Assembly (NCBI GenBank): GCA_964590345.1
Contig: CAZPVP010000002.1
Location: forward strand, 9,945 to 73,944
Length of the DNA: 64,000 nt
Direction of reading: 5' to 3'
Source of the DNA: an uncultured Gammaproteobacteria bacterium
GTDB taxonomy: Bacteria; Patescibacteriota; Patescibacteriia; CAIXNZ01
The notes below the pieces were generated by a model. The model was given only the letters and a program-made list of their open reading frames with translations, was not told where the DNA came from and searched no databases. The translations under genes and the position numbers were made by a program. Below, piece by piece: positions 10,044 through 20,834 of this stretch (position 1 is its first letter; every line of letters begins with the position of its first letter).

Positions 10044-13000
10044 CTATATTAATTTGACAAACCTAACTTCCGGCACACTGTTCAATTCTTTCTGCAAAAC
10101 TGGATCATCAAAATTGGCGTAAAAATTGGTTTCTATTTTTCTGAATCGTTCATTATCTATAGGCACCGCCAAAAAAATTTTATTTTCACCAGAATTAGCG
10201 CTTAAAATTTTATTAAGCTTAGAAATTGTTTCAGCTGTAACAACTTTTTTGAAAAAAATATAAAAATGTTTAGTTTGCTGCTGCATTTTGACGTTAAGTT
10301 TCTTAAGCTTGGCTTTTAACTCTGAAAGGATTTCTAAACTTAAAGTTTTTACTTCATTACAAATAATTTTATGATCACCATCTTTGTCTGAAACAACACC
10401 GCTTATAATCACCAAGTTATTTTCAACCCATTCTTCCTTAGTTGAATTATAAACACTGGGAAAGACTATTGTTTCAATACTATCATAAGTATCTTCAATC
10501 TTAACAAAAAGCATTATTTCACCTCTTTGAGTTATAACTTTTTTAATACTGTTAATCACTCCAGCAATTCTAATATTGCCTAAGCTCTTAGCTTTTTTAA
10601 CGTTTTGGGTTGTAACTATATAATCTTTTAATTCCTGCTGAAAATCGCTAAAAGGATGATCCGAAATATAAAGTCCCAATAATTCCTTTTCCCAGGCTAA
10701 AGCATTTTTTTTCGCTACCGGCTGGAATTTTTCCAATTGTAAACTATGTTTAGCTTTCTCCTCAGTTAAATCAAATAAACTATCTTGATTTATTTGAATC
10801 TCATTATGAACGGTTTTTATAAAATTTAATAATTTATCTATATTCATTAATATTTCATAACGATCACCAAATTGATCCAAGGCGCCGCTTTTAATTAAAC
10901 TTTCTAAAGATTTTTTATTTAAATCTTTATCCTTAATCCGAATTAAAAAATCCTCCAAAGATTGAAAATGACCATTAGCTTTTCTTTCATGAATAATTGC
11001 TTTAGTTAAATTCAGGCCAACATTTTTAATTGCTGAAAGACCGAATCTAATTCTCGGCTTTCTTTCTTTCAAACTTTCAGCCACAACAGTAAAACGAGTA
11101 AAGCTTTCATTAATATCAGGAGCTAAAACTTCTATGCTCATAGTCCGGCACTCATTAACTTCCAAAGCAATTCGGTCAATATTATCTAAATCAGAAGTTA
11201 ATAATGAAGCCATGAATTCAACTGGATAATTGGCTTTTAAATATGCTGTCTGATAAGCGATCAAGGCGTAACAAGCGGCATGTGAGCGATTAAAACCATA
11301 GCCAGCGAATGGTTCAATAAAAGCAAATACATCTTTGGCTGTTTTTTTATCAATATTATTTTTTAAACAACCTTCGATAAATTTATTTTTCTGTTCAATT
11401 AATAATTTTTTAATTTTTTTGCCAACTGCTTTTCTTAAAACATCCGCTTCAGCCAAAGTAAAACCAGCTAATTCTCGGGCTATTTCCATAAGTTGCTCTT
11501 GATAAATTGCTACTCCATTAGTTTTTGCTAAAATTGGCTTTAATTTTTCATGCAAATAGCTTGGTTTTGTTCGGCCGTGCTTATTATTAATATATTGGGG
11601 GATTAATTCCATCGGTCCTGGCCGATATAAAGCAACCATTGCTATAATATCTTCAAATTCATTAGGCTTTAATTGTTTTAAATAGCGCTTCATCCCGCCT
11701 GATTCTAATTGAAAAACACCAGTAGTCTCGCCTTTTTGCAAAAGTTCAAAAGTTTTTTTATCTTTTAGCGGTAAATTATCTATATCAATTTTAACTCCGT
11801 GAATTTTTTCTACTGTTTCAATAGTATTTTCAATAATGGTTAAATTGCGCAAGCCAAGAAAATCCATTTTCAAAAGGCCCAAATCTTCAATCGGATGTAA
11901 AGAATATTGCGAAACAATGGCATTATCACTACTAGAAGAATACTGTAATGGCACATGATTGGTTAATGGTTCTGGTGTAATCAAAACGCCACAAGCATGA
12001 GTTGAAGCGTGACGGCAAACACCTTCCAATTTCATGGCATTATCAATTAATTCTTTGCAATCTTTATTGTTTTTATATTCGGTCTTTAATTCACTCACTT
12101 TATCTAAGGCGTCTTTCAATTTCATAGACATGGGAATCATCTTGGCAATTTTATCGCAATAACCATAAGGCAAACCCAATGCCCTGCCAACATCGCGAAT
12201 CGCAGCTCGCGCAGCCATTGTGCCAAAAGTAATAATCTGAGAAACATGCCTTTTGCCGTACTTTTCTTCAACATAATGAATAACATCATCACGTCGCATA
12301 TCAGCAAAGTCAGTGTCAATATCAGGCATAGAAATCCGGTCAGGATTCAAAAATCTTTCAAAAATCAAATCATAAGCTAAAGGGCCAATATTGGTAATCT
12401 TGGTTAAATAAGCAACTAAACTGCCAGCCGCCGAACCTCTGCCCGGGCCAACTACAATATCATTATCTTTAGACCAATTTATTAAATCAGCTACAATTAA
12501 AAAATACGAGGCATAACCAGTCTTTTGAATAACTGAAAGCTCGTACTCCAAACGATCTAAAATATCTTTTTTTCTAAATTCCTGAGTTTGTGATTTAGTT
12601 AAAATCTTTTTTTCATCAACTAACCATTCAAAATTGCCCTTTAATTCCCCGCCATAACGCTCTACTAATCCCTCATAACATAATTTTTTCAAATATTGAT
12701 CTGCGTTAAAACCATCCGGCACTTCAAAATGAGGCAGAACATTTTTGCCAAATTCAATCTCAACATTGCATCTATCGGCTATTTTTACGGTATTTTTAAT
12801 TGCTTCAGGATAATCTTTAAAATCTTTAACCATTTGTTTTGTTGTTCTCAAAGAAAATTCATCATTTAGCATGGACAAACGATTTGTCTCTCCTATTTTA
12901 CGATTAGTCTGAATGCACAATAAAATATCCTGGGCCTTTGCGTCTTCAGTATTTAAATAATGGGTATCATTTGTAGCCACAATACCCAAATCGTGTTTTT

Positions 13001-13586
13001 TAGCCAATTCAAATAATTTCTGATTGACAATTGCCTGTTCCGGTTCATTCGGGTGGTGCTGCAATTCCAAATATAAATTATTTTTGCCAAAAATTTTCAA
13101 ATATTTTTCTAAAACAGCTTCTATTTTAGAATCATCTTTATAAGATAATATAGCACTGGGCAGTTCGCCCTTTAAACAAGCAGTCAAGGCTATTAAGCCT
13201 TCTTTATACCTTTCTAAAGTTTCATAATCAATTCTTGGTTTATAATAAAAACCATCCAAATAAGCTTTAGATACTAGTTTTAATAAATTATGATAACCTG
13301 TCTTGTTCTCAGCCAATAAAATCAAATGATAATTATCTTCATCTATTTTTGATCGTTTATTTAAAATACCATAAGGCGCTACATAAGTTTCCACGCCAAT
13401 AATTGGTTTTATGCCGGCTTTTTTAGCTTTTTGGTAAAATTCAATAATACCATACATTGAACCATGGTCGGTTAAAGCCATTGCTGGCATGCCATTAGCC
13501 ACTGCTTTGGCTATTAAATCATCAATTTTAGCCATACCATCAAGTAGGCTGTAATGGCTATGAACATGTAGCGGGACAAATTTCAT
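10044..13586 (-). CDS. dnaE: DNA polymerase III alpha subunit
   Basis: PHP HVHSHYSLLDG, GPGRGSAAGS, MPDIDTDF, KMDFLGL, YGFNRSHA, OB fold. Confidence 0.98.
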   Translation of the reverse strand: MKFVPLHVHSHYSLLDGMAKIDDLIAKAVANGMPAMALTDHGSMYGIIEFYQKAKKAGIKPIIGVETYVAPYGILNKRSKIDEDNYHLILLAENKTGYHNLLKLVSKAYLDGFYYKPRIDYETLERYKEGLIALTACLKGELPSAILSYKDDSKIEAVLEKYLKIFGKNNLYLELQHHPNEPEQAIVNQKLFELAKKHDLGIVATNDTHYLNTEDAKAQDILLCIQTNRKIGETNRLSMLNDEFSLRTTKQMVKDFKDYPEAIKNTVKIADRCNVEIEFGKNVLPHFEVPDGFNADQYLKKLCYEGLVERYGGELKGNFEWLVDEKKILTKSQTQEFRKKDILDRLEYELSVIQKTGYASYFLIVADLINWSKDNDIVVGPGRGSAAGSLVAYLTKITNIGPLAYDLIFERFLNPDRISMPDIDTDFADMRRDDVIHYVEEKYGKRHVSQIITFGTMAARAAIRDVGRALGLPYGYCDKIAKMIPMSMKLKDALDKVSELKTEYKNNKDCKELIDNAMKLEGVCRHASTHACGVLITPEPLTNHVPLQYSSSSDNAIVSQYSLHPIEDLGLLKMDFLGLRNLTIIENTIETVEKIHGVKIDIDNLPLKDKKTFELLQKGETTGVFQLESGGMKRYLKQLKPNEFEDIIAMVALYRPGPMELIPQYINNKHGRTKPSYLHEKLKPILAKTNGVAIYQEQLMEIARELAGFTLAEADVLRKAVGKKIKKLLIEQKNKFIEGCLKNNIDKKTAKDVFAFIEPFAGYGFNRSHAACYALIAYQTAYLKANYPVEFMASLLTSDLDNIDRIALEVNECRTMSIEVLAPDINESFTRFTVVAESLKERKPRIRFGLSAIKNVGLNLTKAIIHERKANGHFQSLEDFLIRIKDKDLNKKSLESLIKSGALDQFGDRYEILMNIDKLLNFIKTVHNEIQINQDSLFDLTEEKAKHSLQLEKFQPVAKKNALAWEKELLGLYISDHPFSDFQQELKDYIVTTQNVKKAKSLGNIRIAGVINSIKKVITQRGEIMLFVKIEDTYDSIETIVFPSVYNSTKEEWVENNLVIISGVVSDKDGDHKIICNEVKTLSLEILSELKAKLKKLNVKMQQQTKHFYIFFKKVVTAETISKLNKILSANSGENKIFLAVPIDNERFRKIETNFYANFDDPVLQKELNSVPEVRFVKLI

Positions 13587-13602
13587 AATGATACTAATTT
13601 AT

Positions 13603-13695
13603 GCCGCCTTTGGCGGCACACCGCCAAAGGCGGTGGCAAATAAAATACAAATATACGAATATTCGTATATTCGTAAGAATTAGTATTTCGTAAAT
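13603..13695. repeat. Two REP-like palindromes followed by a degenerate octamer inverted array
   Basis: GCCGCCTTTGGCGGC, ACCGCCAAAGGCGGT, then TACAAATA-TACGAATA / TTCGTATA-TTCGTAAG. Confidence 0.55.
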
Positions 13696-13730
13696 ATCTA
13701 ATCGTTTATATATAAATTATATCCTAATTC

Positions 13731-15185
13731 TCAGCCTTTCACAACGCCCAATGGATACATTTGAGCTACTTTCTTAGCTAAACCAGCTTTAAAAACAATT
13801 TCGACCACATTATCAATATCTTTATAAGCCAAAGGTGCTTCTTCAGCAATATCAGAAAAAGAAGCACAACGCACTAAAATGTTTCTTTTTTCTAATGCAT
13901 CTTTAACCTCACGGCCAGAAACCCGTTTTTTAGCTGAAGTTCGGGACATTCTTCTACCCGCGCCATGGCAAACCGAACCAAATGTTTCTTCTTCTGCCTG
14001 CTTGGTGCCAGCCAAAATAAAAGAAGAAGTACCCATACTACCAGGTATAAGTATTGGCTGGCCTACTTTTAAATAATCTTTAGGAATATTTGGATTATCA
14101 GGGCCAAATGCCCGGGTTGCACCTTTACGATGCATACAGACTACAGTTTCTTTATCGCCAATTTGATACTTTTCTTTTTTTGCCATGTTATGAGCTATAT
14201 CATAAACGAGTTTTAAATTAGCCTTCTCAGCAAAATCTTTGCCTAATTCATCCTTAAAAACATCCCTGGTCAAATAAGTCAAATATTGCCTGTTATTCCA
14301 AGCAAAATTAGCAGCAGCGCTCATCGCCGAAAAATAATTTTTACCTTCTTGTGAATCCAATGGCGCATAGATCAATTCACGATCAGGCAATTGCAAATCC
14401 CATTCCTTTAGTTTTTTATTCAAAATCTTAATATAATCAGTACAAACTTGATGGCCAAAACCGCGTGAACCAGTATGAATCATGACCACTATCTGATTTT
14501 CAAAAAGGCCAAAAACTTTAGCAATTTCCTGATCAAAAATTTTTGCTACATATTGAACTTCTAAAAAATGATTGCCAGAACCTAATGTGCCAACCTGATC
14601 ATGCCCTCGCTTTTTAGCCTGATCAGAAACTTTATCAGGATCAGCCGCTTTAAGCCTACCGCTTTCCTCGCAATGCTCTTTATCTTCTCTTGAGGCAAAC
14701 CCTTTTTTTATCGCCCAGTCAATTCCCTCGCTTAAAACCTGATCTAATTCCTTTTGGTTTACTGATAATTTGCCGCTTTTACCTAAACCGCTTGGCACAG
14801 TATCGTATAAAGCATCAATCAATTTTTCAAATTTTGGCTCTAATTCAGACTTTGTAATCTGACTAGCTAAAAATCTAACACCGCAATTAATATCATAACC
14901 AACGCCGCCCGGCGAAATTACGCCGCCATCCCATTTAATCGCTGCCACACCGCCAATCGGGAAACCATAGCCCTGATGAATATCAGGCATGGCTAAAGCG
15001 TATTTTAAAATACCCGGCAAAGTAGCCACATTAATTGCCTGCTCCAAAGAACGATCTTCCATAATCAAATCCAGCATTTTTTCATCACTATAAATCCTGG
15101 CCGGCACTTTCATGTCAGAGCGAAAACTCTTTGGGATTTCGTATATTACTTCTGAAATTTTCTGTAATTTTTCTTTATTAATCAT
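13731..15185 (-). CDS. rtcB: RNA 3'-phosphate/5'-OH ligase RtcB (likely start MINKEK at 15185)
   Basis: MPDIHQGYGFPIG, GYDINCG, GSGNHF, HTGSRG, HNMA, HRKGA, HGAGR. Confidence 0.96.
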   Translation of the reverse strand: MINKEKLQKISEVIYEIPKSFRSDMKVPARIYSDEKMLDLIMEDRSLEQAINVATLPGILKYALAMPDIHQGYGFPIGGVAAIKWDGGVISPGGVGYDINCGVRFLASQITKSELEPKFEKLIDALYDTVPSGLGKSGKLSVNQKELDQVLSEGIDWAIKKGFASREDKEHCEESGRLKAADPDKVSDQAKKRGHDQVGTLGSGNHFLEVQYVAKIFDQEIAKVFGLFENQIVVMIHTGSRGFGHQVCTDYIKILNKKLKEWDLQLPDRELIYAPLDSQEGKNYFSAMSAAANFAWNNRQYLTYLTRDVFKDELGKDFAEKANLKLVYDIAHNMAKKEKYQIGDKETVVCMHRKGATRAFGPDNPNIPKDYLKVGQPILIPGSMGTSSFILAGTKQAEEETFGSVCHGAGRRMSRTSAKKRVSGREVKDALEKRNILVRCASFSDIAEEAPLAYKDIDNVVEIVFKAGLAKKVAQMYPLGVVKG

Positions 15186-15207
15186 ATATATTAAATTACT
15201 AATCTTA

Positions 15208-15615
15208 TTATATATCAAAAACAACCTCAAACAGCCACTGCCCATCTTTCTCCTCAATTTTTAAATCATTATAAGTAACTGCTTTTATATCTAATTTGAT
15301 TCTCTTGACTTTATAGCCTTTTATACCACCTGTTATTTTGTAATCAGAAATATTTAATCTGTAATCCGTATATATCTCGTCATTGGTATCACTCAAATAA
15401 AGCAACTGGCTTAAAAAATCCACCAAAAGTGAATCTAAATCAACTGATTCAATTTTAATTTTCCTTTCAACTTGCTGATCTTTTAATAAATTATCTTCAT
15501 CAACAATATTATCAAACATGCCAATAGCCATATTAGTAAAAACTTCCCCCTTTGTCTTACCAAAAGCACGAATTTTTAAATCAGCTGTATGTTCTAAGAG
15601 CTCGTATTTTTTCAT
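15208..15615 (-). CDS. Archease (RtcB activator)
   Basis: LEHTAD N-terminus, IKAVTY, C-terminal VFDI; immediately upstream of rtcB. Confidence 0.93.
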   Translation of the reverse strand: MKKYELLEHTADLKIRAFGKTKGEVFTNMAIGMFDNIVDEDNLLKDQQVERKIKIESVDLDSLLVDFLSQLLYLSDTNDEIYTDYRLNISDYKITGGIKGYKVKRIKLDIKAVTYNDLKIEEKDGQWLFEVVFDI

Positions 15616-15709
15616 AAATATTTCTCCGACAAGGAATATAAAACTTAAGTTTTATCTAGCTTTATAAATTAGGTAAGGCTAAAGCCTTACACTTCTTGCC
15701 TGAATATTT

Positions 15710-16552
15710 TTAAATTAAAAACGAAACCAAAAAACCAATCAAAGTACCAGAAACAATTGGCGGTAAGCCCGGCATTGGCGCTCGTTTTTTTTGACTAATA
15801 AAAAGTATATAAAGAAAAATAAAACCGCAGACTGCGCCTAAAAGTGTAGTTAAACTAGTTAAATAACTTATCTTCAAGCTAGACACGACTAAAATTGCTG
15901 GCAAAACCAAATCGCCAGTACCTAAAAACATAAATTCTGTATCAGGGCTAACATCTTTCATTTTTTTAAATAAACCATGAAAATTTTGCGGAATAATTAA
16001 AGCAAAATGGATCTTGGCTTCTGCCATGCTTTTAAACATTTTTACCATATGTTTAGTTTTATAAACTGCCCAATAGTCATAAACTGCTAAAATAAGCAAA
16101 ACCAAAACAGCTGCGCTAGGCATTAAATTCAAACCAAAAACAGCTGAAATTGCACTAATAGTCAAAATTATAACAAAATTATGAGCCAAAACATTACGAT
16201 AAAACAACCAAACGATTAAAAAAAAGGCTAAAATATACAAAAAATCAGGCCAATCAAAATAAGCCCGACAAAAAATCAAAAGCCCTTCAAAAACCGCCAA
16301 ATAGAACAAACCTTTTATTATCCAGGGATTTTTAAAATATTTTAAAATAAGTAATAAAATTACTGTAGCAATAATAAAAAGAATTAAAAATGTCCAAACA
16401 GAAAACCCCCCTTCTGTAGCAATAGCTTGTTTCGCTGGTATTTTAGCGATAATATTTAAAGCTACGCCAATAGCTAAAAACAAAGTAAAAGCAAATAAAA
16501 AAAGCTCTAACAAAAAACTAAAAATAAAAAAGTGTCTGATACTTAATTTCAT
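15710..16552 (-). CDS. Presenilin-family GxGD intramembrane aspartyl protease
   Basis: Multi-TM; YD (VYDYWAVYKTKHM), LGTGD, PAL-like PGLP motif. Confidence 0.88.
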   Translation of the reverse strand: MKLSIRHFFIFSFLLELFLFAFTLFLAIGVALNIIAKIPAKQAIATEGGFSVWTFLILFIIATVILLLILKYFKNPWIIKGLFYLAVFEGLLIFCRAYFDWPDFLYILAFFLIVWLFYRNVLAHNFVIILTISAISAVFGLNLMPSAAVLVLLILAVYDYWAVYKTKHMVKMFKSMAEAKIHFALIIPQNFHGLFKKMKDVSPDTEFMFLGTGDLVLPAILVVSSLKISYLTSLTTLLGAVCGFIFLYILFISQKKRAPMPGLPPIVSGTLIGFLVSFLI

Positions 16553-16592
16553 GGCTTTATTATAACATTAAAACTAAAAATGTTATAATAAT

Positions 16593-16884
16593 AAAAAGCT
16601 CCCCGAATTTTGAGGAGCATACAAATAATGAAAGAACCTTGATCACGCAGTCGCCTCGAGCATTAAAGGCGAGCATTCTCCTGATTTTTAGGCGATTGAC
16701 AAGCATAAAAAGTTTAATTTTCGCTAAGGGGCTTCATAGGTTTTCACCTCCACCCCAGAACTAATTATTTAAACTCCCAGGAGCACAGCTTGTCTTAAAT
16801 GGCGATTTGAGCCTAACGAACAAAATATGATATTCTTGTTCATTGAGCTAATGCCCTATAAAAACGCGATCAAGATTCAATTAT
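16593..16884 (-). ncRNA. Putative ~270-nt structured non-coding RNA, family not identified
   Basis: TTGACA-N17-TATACT promoter (16918-16890); 15-bp 5'/3' closing helix (16878-16864 with 16648-16634); several internal helices; terminator 16618-16593; no ORF of 60 aa or more. Confidence 0.7.
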
Positions 16885-17014
16885 TATGAAGTATAGCATG
16901 TTTTATTAGTTTTGTCAAGACATGAATGGCAAAAACCGCCTCAATATCAATGGCCTAGCCGCTCCAATAGTCAATATTTATATAAAAAATTAAAAACTAA
17001 ATTATAATTAAATT

Positions 17015-17662
17015 ATGGTATTTAAAAATCGCCAAGAAGCCGGCCAAAAACTGGCTGAAAAATTAAAAGAATTTAAAAATAAAAAAGATACTATAATCCT
17101 TGCCCTGCCTCGTGGCGGAGTCATTAATGCTTTTGAAATTGCTAAAGAATTAAACTTGCCACTTGATTTGATTGTGCCACGCAAAATTGGCGCACCCTTT
17201 AATGAAGAATATGCGATTGGCGCTATTACTGAAAGCGGTGAAGGGATTTTTGACCAACAGGCCATTGCCAGTTTAAATGTAACAAAAGATTATTTAGATA
17301 AAAAAGTAGCTGAAGAGAAAAAAGAAGCCCAGCGACGTTTAAAAACTTATCGCCAAAACCAACCACCTTTAGATTTAAAAAATAAAACAGTAATTATTGT
17401 TGATGATGGTATTGCTACGGGATTAACTATGCGAGCAGCAATTAAATCAATTAAAGAAAAAAAAGCAAAAAAAATTATTGTAGCAGTGCCGGTTTCAGCC
17501 CGAGATTCCCTCAAAATAATAGAAAAAGAAGCGGATCAGGTTATCTGCATAGATGCACCTTTATTTTTCGGTGCTGTTGGTGCTTTTTATGAAGATTTTG
17601 GCCAAACAGAAGATAAAGAAGTTATTGACTTAATGGAAAAATCTAAAAATTTCGGCAAATAA
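17015..17662 (+). CDS. Type I phosphoribosyltransferase-family protein
   Basis: FKNRQEAG, LPRGG, IIVDDGIATG PRPP loop, FYEDFGQ. Confidence 0.9.
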   Translation: MVFKNRQEAGQKLAEKLKEFKNKKDTIILALPRGGVINAFEIAKELNLPLDLIVPRKIGAPFNEEYAIGAITESGEGIFDQQAIASLNVTKDYLDKKVAEEKKEAQRRLKTYRQNQPPLDLKNKTVIIVDDGIATGLTMRAAIKSIKEKKAKKIIVAVPVSARDSLKIIEKEADQVICIDAPLFFGAVGAFYEDFGQTEDKEVIDLMEKSKNFGK

Positions 17663-17663
17663 T

Positions 17664-18127
17664 ATGATAGAAAATGAATTAAAATCTTTAATCAAGAAAA
17701 TAGTCAAAGAAGCAAATGCTTTAAAAGATAAATATACTGAACAAAAAGGAATTAAAGTGGGTTATGCTTGCATATTTTCACAGAATCAAACTGAATTCGA
17801 GGAACTCTATGAATCAGCACAAAAAATAGGGAATATTATAAAATTAACTATAACTGGTCCTGTTTTTAAAATTTATCCTCTCACCACAGTTGCAGGCAAA
17901 TTACGTGTCCTTAAAATTCGCCTCCCAGATCCTACACGAACTGAACGGGGTGATGCGGATTTTAATGTGCCAAATTATAATTCTTTTAAAAAAATTAATC
18001 TTCAGAAACCAGAAATTAAACTTACCCCCGTGATACTTTTGAAATGATTGAACTGACTGAACCTTAGAAAAATATACGCGTATATTTTTCTAATCCCCCC
18101 GTAGAAAAACAGTTAAATCTTTCTTAA
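17664..18127 (+). pseudogene. Hypothetical protein gene, apparently frameshifted near 18025 with an in-frame TAG at 18065-18067
   Basis: ORF ends at 18047, but another frame continues FEMIELTEP*KNIRVYFSNPPVEKQLNLS to TAA at 18127. Confidence 0.5.
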
Positions 18128-18168
18128 TTTTTCTTTTCAATAAAAAATTTCAAAATTATTAATAAATT

Positions 18169-19059
18169 ATGTATTTATATTCCCTACCCAATACACAAAA
18201 ACTTGCCAAGCAAATTTGCGCAAAGACAAAATTAAAACTTGGCAGATATGAAACCAAACATTTTAGTGACGGAGAGCTTTATTTGCGTCTTAAAAATAAA
18301 GTGAAAGGAAAAAATGTTTTTATTATAGGCTCAACCTGCCCGCCACATGAAAATATAATTAAAATATTAATATTGATTAATGCACTCAAGGAAAATGGAG
18401 CAAAAAAAATCACAGCCATTATCCCCTATTTTGGTTATGCCCGCCAAGATAAAATTGATCAGCCAGGCGCGCCAATTACTGCTAAACTTTTGGCAAATTT
18501 ATTAAAAAAAGCCGGTGTAAATAAATTTATAACCATTGATATCCACAGTAAACGTGATCAAAAATATTTAGGTCCTAATTTAAAAAACTTAGATCCCTTA
18601 AAAATTTTTGCTGATTATATTAAAAAAAATATTGGTTTAAAAAATGCCATTATAGTTGCTCCTGATAATGGCGCCAAACCACGAGCTAAAAAATTTGCTA
18701 AATTATTAAATTCTTTACCGGTATTGGTCATGGAAAAAATCAGACCAAAACAAGAAACCGCCAAAATTTTAGAATTTAAAAAAAATGTTAAAGAAAAAAA
18801 TGTTATTATTGTTGACGATATGATTGCCACAGCCAGTACAATTACCGCCGCCTGCCTTAAACTAAAAAAACACAAGGCTAAAAATATTTATATTTTTGCT
18901 ACTCACGGCATTCTTTCCGGCCCAGCGCTTGAAAGAATCAAAAAATCCTTTGTAAAACAAGTCATTTTAACTGATACACACCCAATTTCTAAAGAAAAAC
19001 AAATCAAAAAAATTAAAATATTCTCAATAGCGACTTTATTAATAAAAAACTTGAAATAA
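18169..19059 (+). CDS. prs: Ribose-phosphate pyrophosphokinase
   Basis: FSDGE, PYFGYARQDK, DIHS, PDNGA, VDDMIATA, ATHG. Confidence 0.95.
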   Translation: MYLYSLPNTQKLAKQICAKTKLKLGRYETKHFSDGELYLRLKNKVKGKNVFIIGSTCPPHENIIKILILINALKENGAKKITAIIPYFGYARQDKIDQPGAPITAKLLANLLKKAGVNKFITIDIHSKRDQKYLGPNLKNLDPLKIFADYIKKNIGLKNAIIVAPDNGAKPRAKKFAKLLNSLPVLVMEKIRPKQETAKILEFKKNVKEKNVIIVDDMIATASTITAACLKLKKHKAKNIYIFATHGILSGPALERIKKSFVKQVILTDTHPISKEKQIKKIKIFSIATLLIKNLK

Positions 19060-19099
19060 AAAAACACCCTTATCAAGGGCGTTTTAAAATTTGATTAAA

Positions 19100-20719
19100 T
19101 TAGCCTTTTTCAATAGTTGTTGGTGGCTTACCGGTTACGCGCCAAACAACTTCTCCTACTTCATAAATTTCATTAGCCATTCTTCTGGCCACTGTTTTTA
19201 TAAAGTCCCAGGGAAGCTCTGCTCCTTGAGCAGTAAAACCATTAACACTCCAGACAGCCCATAATTCAATCTGAATACCAGTAAAAGCATCATCACCTTT
19301 AGTACAGGTTGTTTTTGATGCTGTAACAACAGCTCCTGCTTGCCAGACCTTGTCATACAGCCCCCATTTACGTAGCCCGTCAATAAAGATCATATCAGCC
19401 TTACGGGCTATTTTTAAATTTTCTTCAGTTATTTCACCTTCTACCCTGACCACCAAACCCGGGCCTGGGAATGGATGGCGGGTTAAAAGTTCCTCTGGCA
19501 CACTGATTTCCCGGCCAATATTCCGGCCTGAATCTTTAACACAGTCAGACAAAGGTAAAACTTCCTCAAACTCATCTAAAAAATTGAGGTTGACATTGTG
19601 GTGAATTTTTATGACTGCTTTTACTGCACCGGATTCATAACCCCCGCCACTTTCGGAAATGTCAGTGTAAAGAGTTCCCTGAACTATTATTGTACACTTA
19701 TATTTCCTGGCTACTTCCTCGATTATTCTTTTGTAAACACCGCGCATAGCTAAGCGCTTTTCTTTCATCGTTATCTTGCCCTTTAAAGCTTCGAGGAAAT
19801 TTTGTGTGGCATCAACAACTACCAATTCAAGCCAATCTTGATTGCCAAAATATTCCAATACATGAGCTCCGTCATCTGGGCGGTCTATTCCCTTAATATA
19901 TAGGGCTATAATCTTACCCGCTTTATCTCCTAGCTTTTCTTTGGCTCTTTTTAACAGATAAGCGCAGGTTGAAGAATCAGAACCGCCAGACAAAGCTAAA
20001 AGCAAATTTTTACTTTTAATTTTTTTAGCTAACCAATTGATTTTTTGCTTAGCCACTTCAGCTGCAGGATAAACATCCTGGGCTTTACAGTTTTCAAAAC
20101 AGAAATTAACTAAAAACTGCGGACCGTCTTCGGTATCAGTTACTTCAGGGTGGAACTGAACACCGACACAATGTTTATACTGAGCAATTGCTACTTCAGC
20201 ATTTTCAGTTGAGGCAATTACACTTAGATTAGGGTGAAGAGCAACTTTATCACCATGGCTTTGTAAAACTTTACCACCTTGCTTACAGTCCTTGATAATT
20301 TTATACTGAGGCAATAAAATATTTAATTCGTGGATACCAAATTCTCTTTTGTCCGAAGGGATAACTTTAAAGCCAAAGTGCTGAGCCCAAAGCTGAAAGC
20401 CCAGACAAATACCTAAGATAGGTATACCTAAATCAAATATTTTTTCATCGAATGGTGGCGGATCTAACCAAGCAGAAACCGGTCCTCCAGAAAGAATAAT
20501 ACCAATTGGATTTACTTTTCTCACATCTTCAGCTGTAACACTGGCTGGATCAGCAACCAAGCAAAAGACCCCCAGTTTATCAATTTCCTGCTTAATTAAA
20601 TGGTCAAATTGACTACCTAAAGAAAAAAGCAAAAAAACCTCATTGGTTTTCCGTACGCTCATTTCTTCTTTTATCTCAGCCAGAGATTGATCTGTTGCCT
20701 TTTTCAATGTATAAAGCAA
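19100..20719 (-). CDS. guaA: GMP synthase (glutamine-hydrolysing)
   Basis: GICLGFQ and QFHPEV glutaminase triad, SGGSDS, IKIHHNV, RHPFPGPGL, KPPTTIE. Confidence 0.93.
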   Translation of the reverse strand: MLYTLKKATDQSLAEIKEEMSVRKTNEVFLLFSLGSQFDHLIKQEIDKLGVFCLVADPASVTAEDVRKVNPIGIILSGGPVSAWLDPPPFDEKIFDLGIPILGICLGFQLWAQHFGFKVIPSDKREFGIHELNILLPQYKIIKDCKQGGKVLQSHGDKVALHPNLSVIASTENAEVAIAQYKHCVGVQFHPEVTDTEDGPQFLVNFCFENCKAQDVYPAAEVAKQKINWLAKKIKSKNLLLALSGGSDSSTCAYLLKRAKEKLGDKAGKIIALYIKGIDRPDDGAHVLEYFGNQDWLELVVVDATQNFLEALKGKITMKEKRLAMRGVYKRIIEEVARKYKCTIIVQGTLYTDISESGGGYESGAVKAVIKIHHNVNLNFLDEFEEVLPLSDCVKDSGRNIGREISVPEELLTRHPFPGPGLVVRVEGEITEENLKIARKADMIFIDGLRKWGLYDKVWQAGAVVTASKTTCTKGDDAFTGIQIELWAVWSVNGFTAQGAELPWDFIKTVARRMANEIYEVGEVVWRVTGKPPTTIEKG

Positions 20720-20834
20720 TTTATTTCTCCTTTCTTGTAATGTACTAATTTTCTTTTAACTTATACTAAACTAAAAATAATGTCAATCAATTATTTTAAC
20801 CAATAGTTATCGTCAAAAATCAAAAAAGAGAGCA

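Noticed and set aside
16593-16884. RNase P RNA or tmRNA identity for the structured RNA
   Set aside because: No GAGGAAAGUC-type RNase P core, no tRNA-like ends, no convincing tag reading frame
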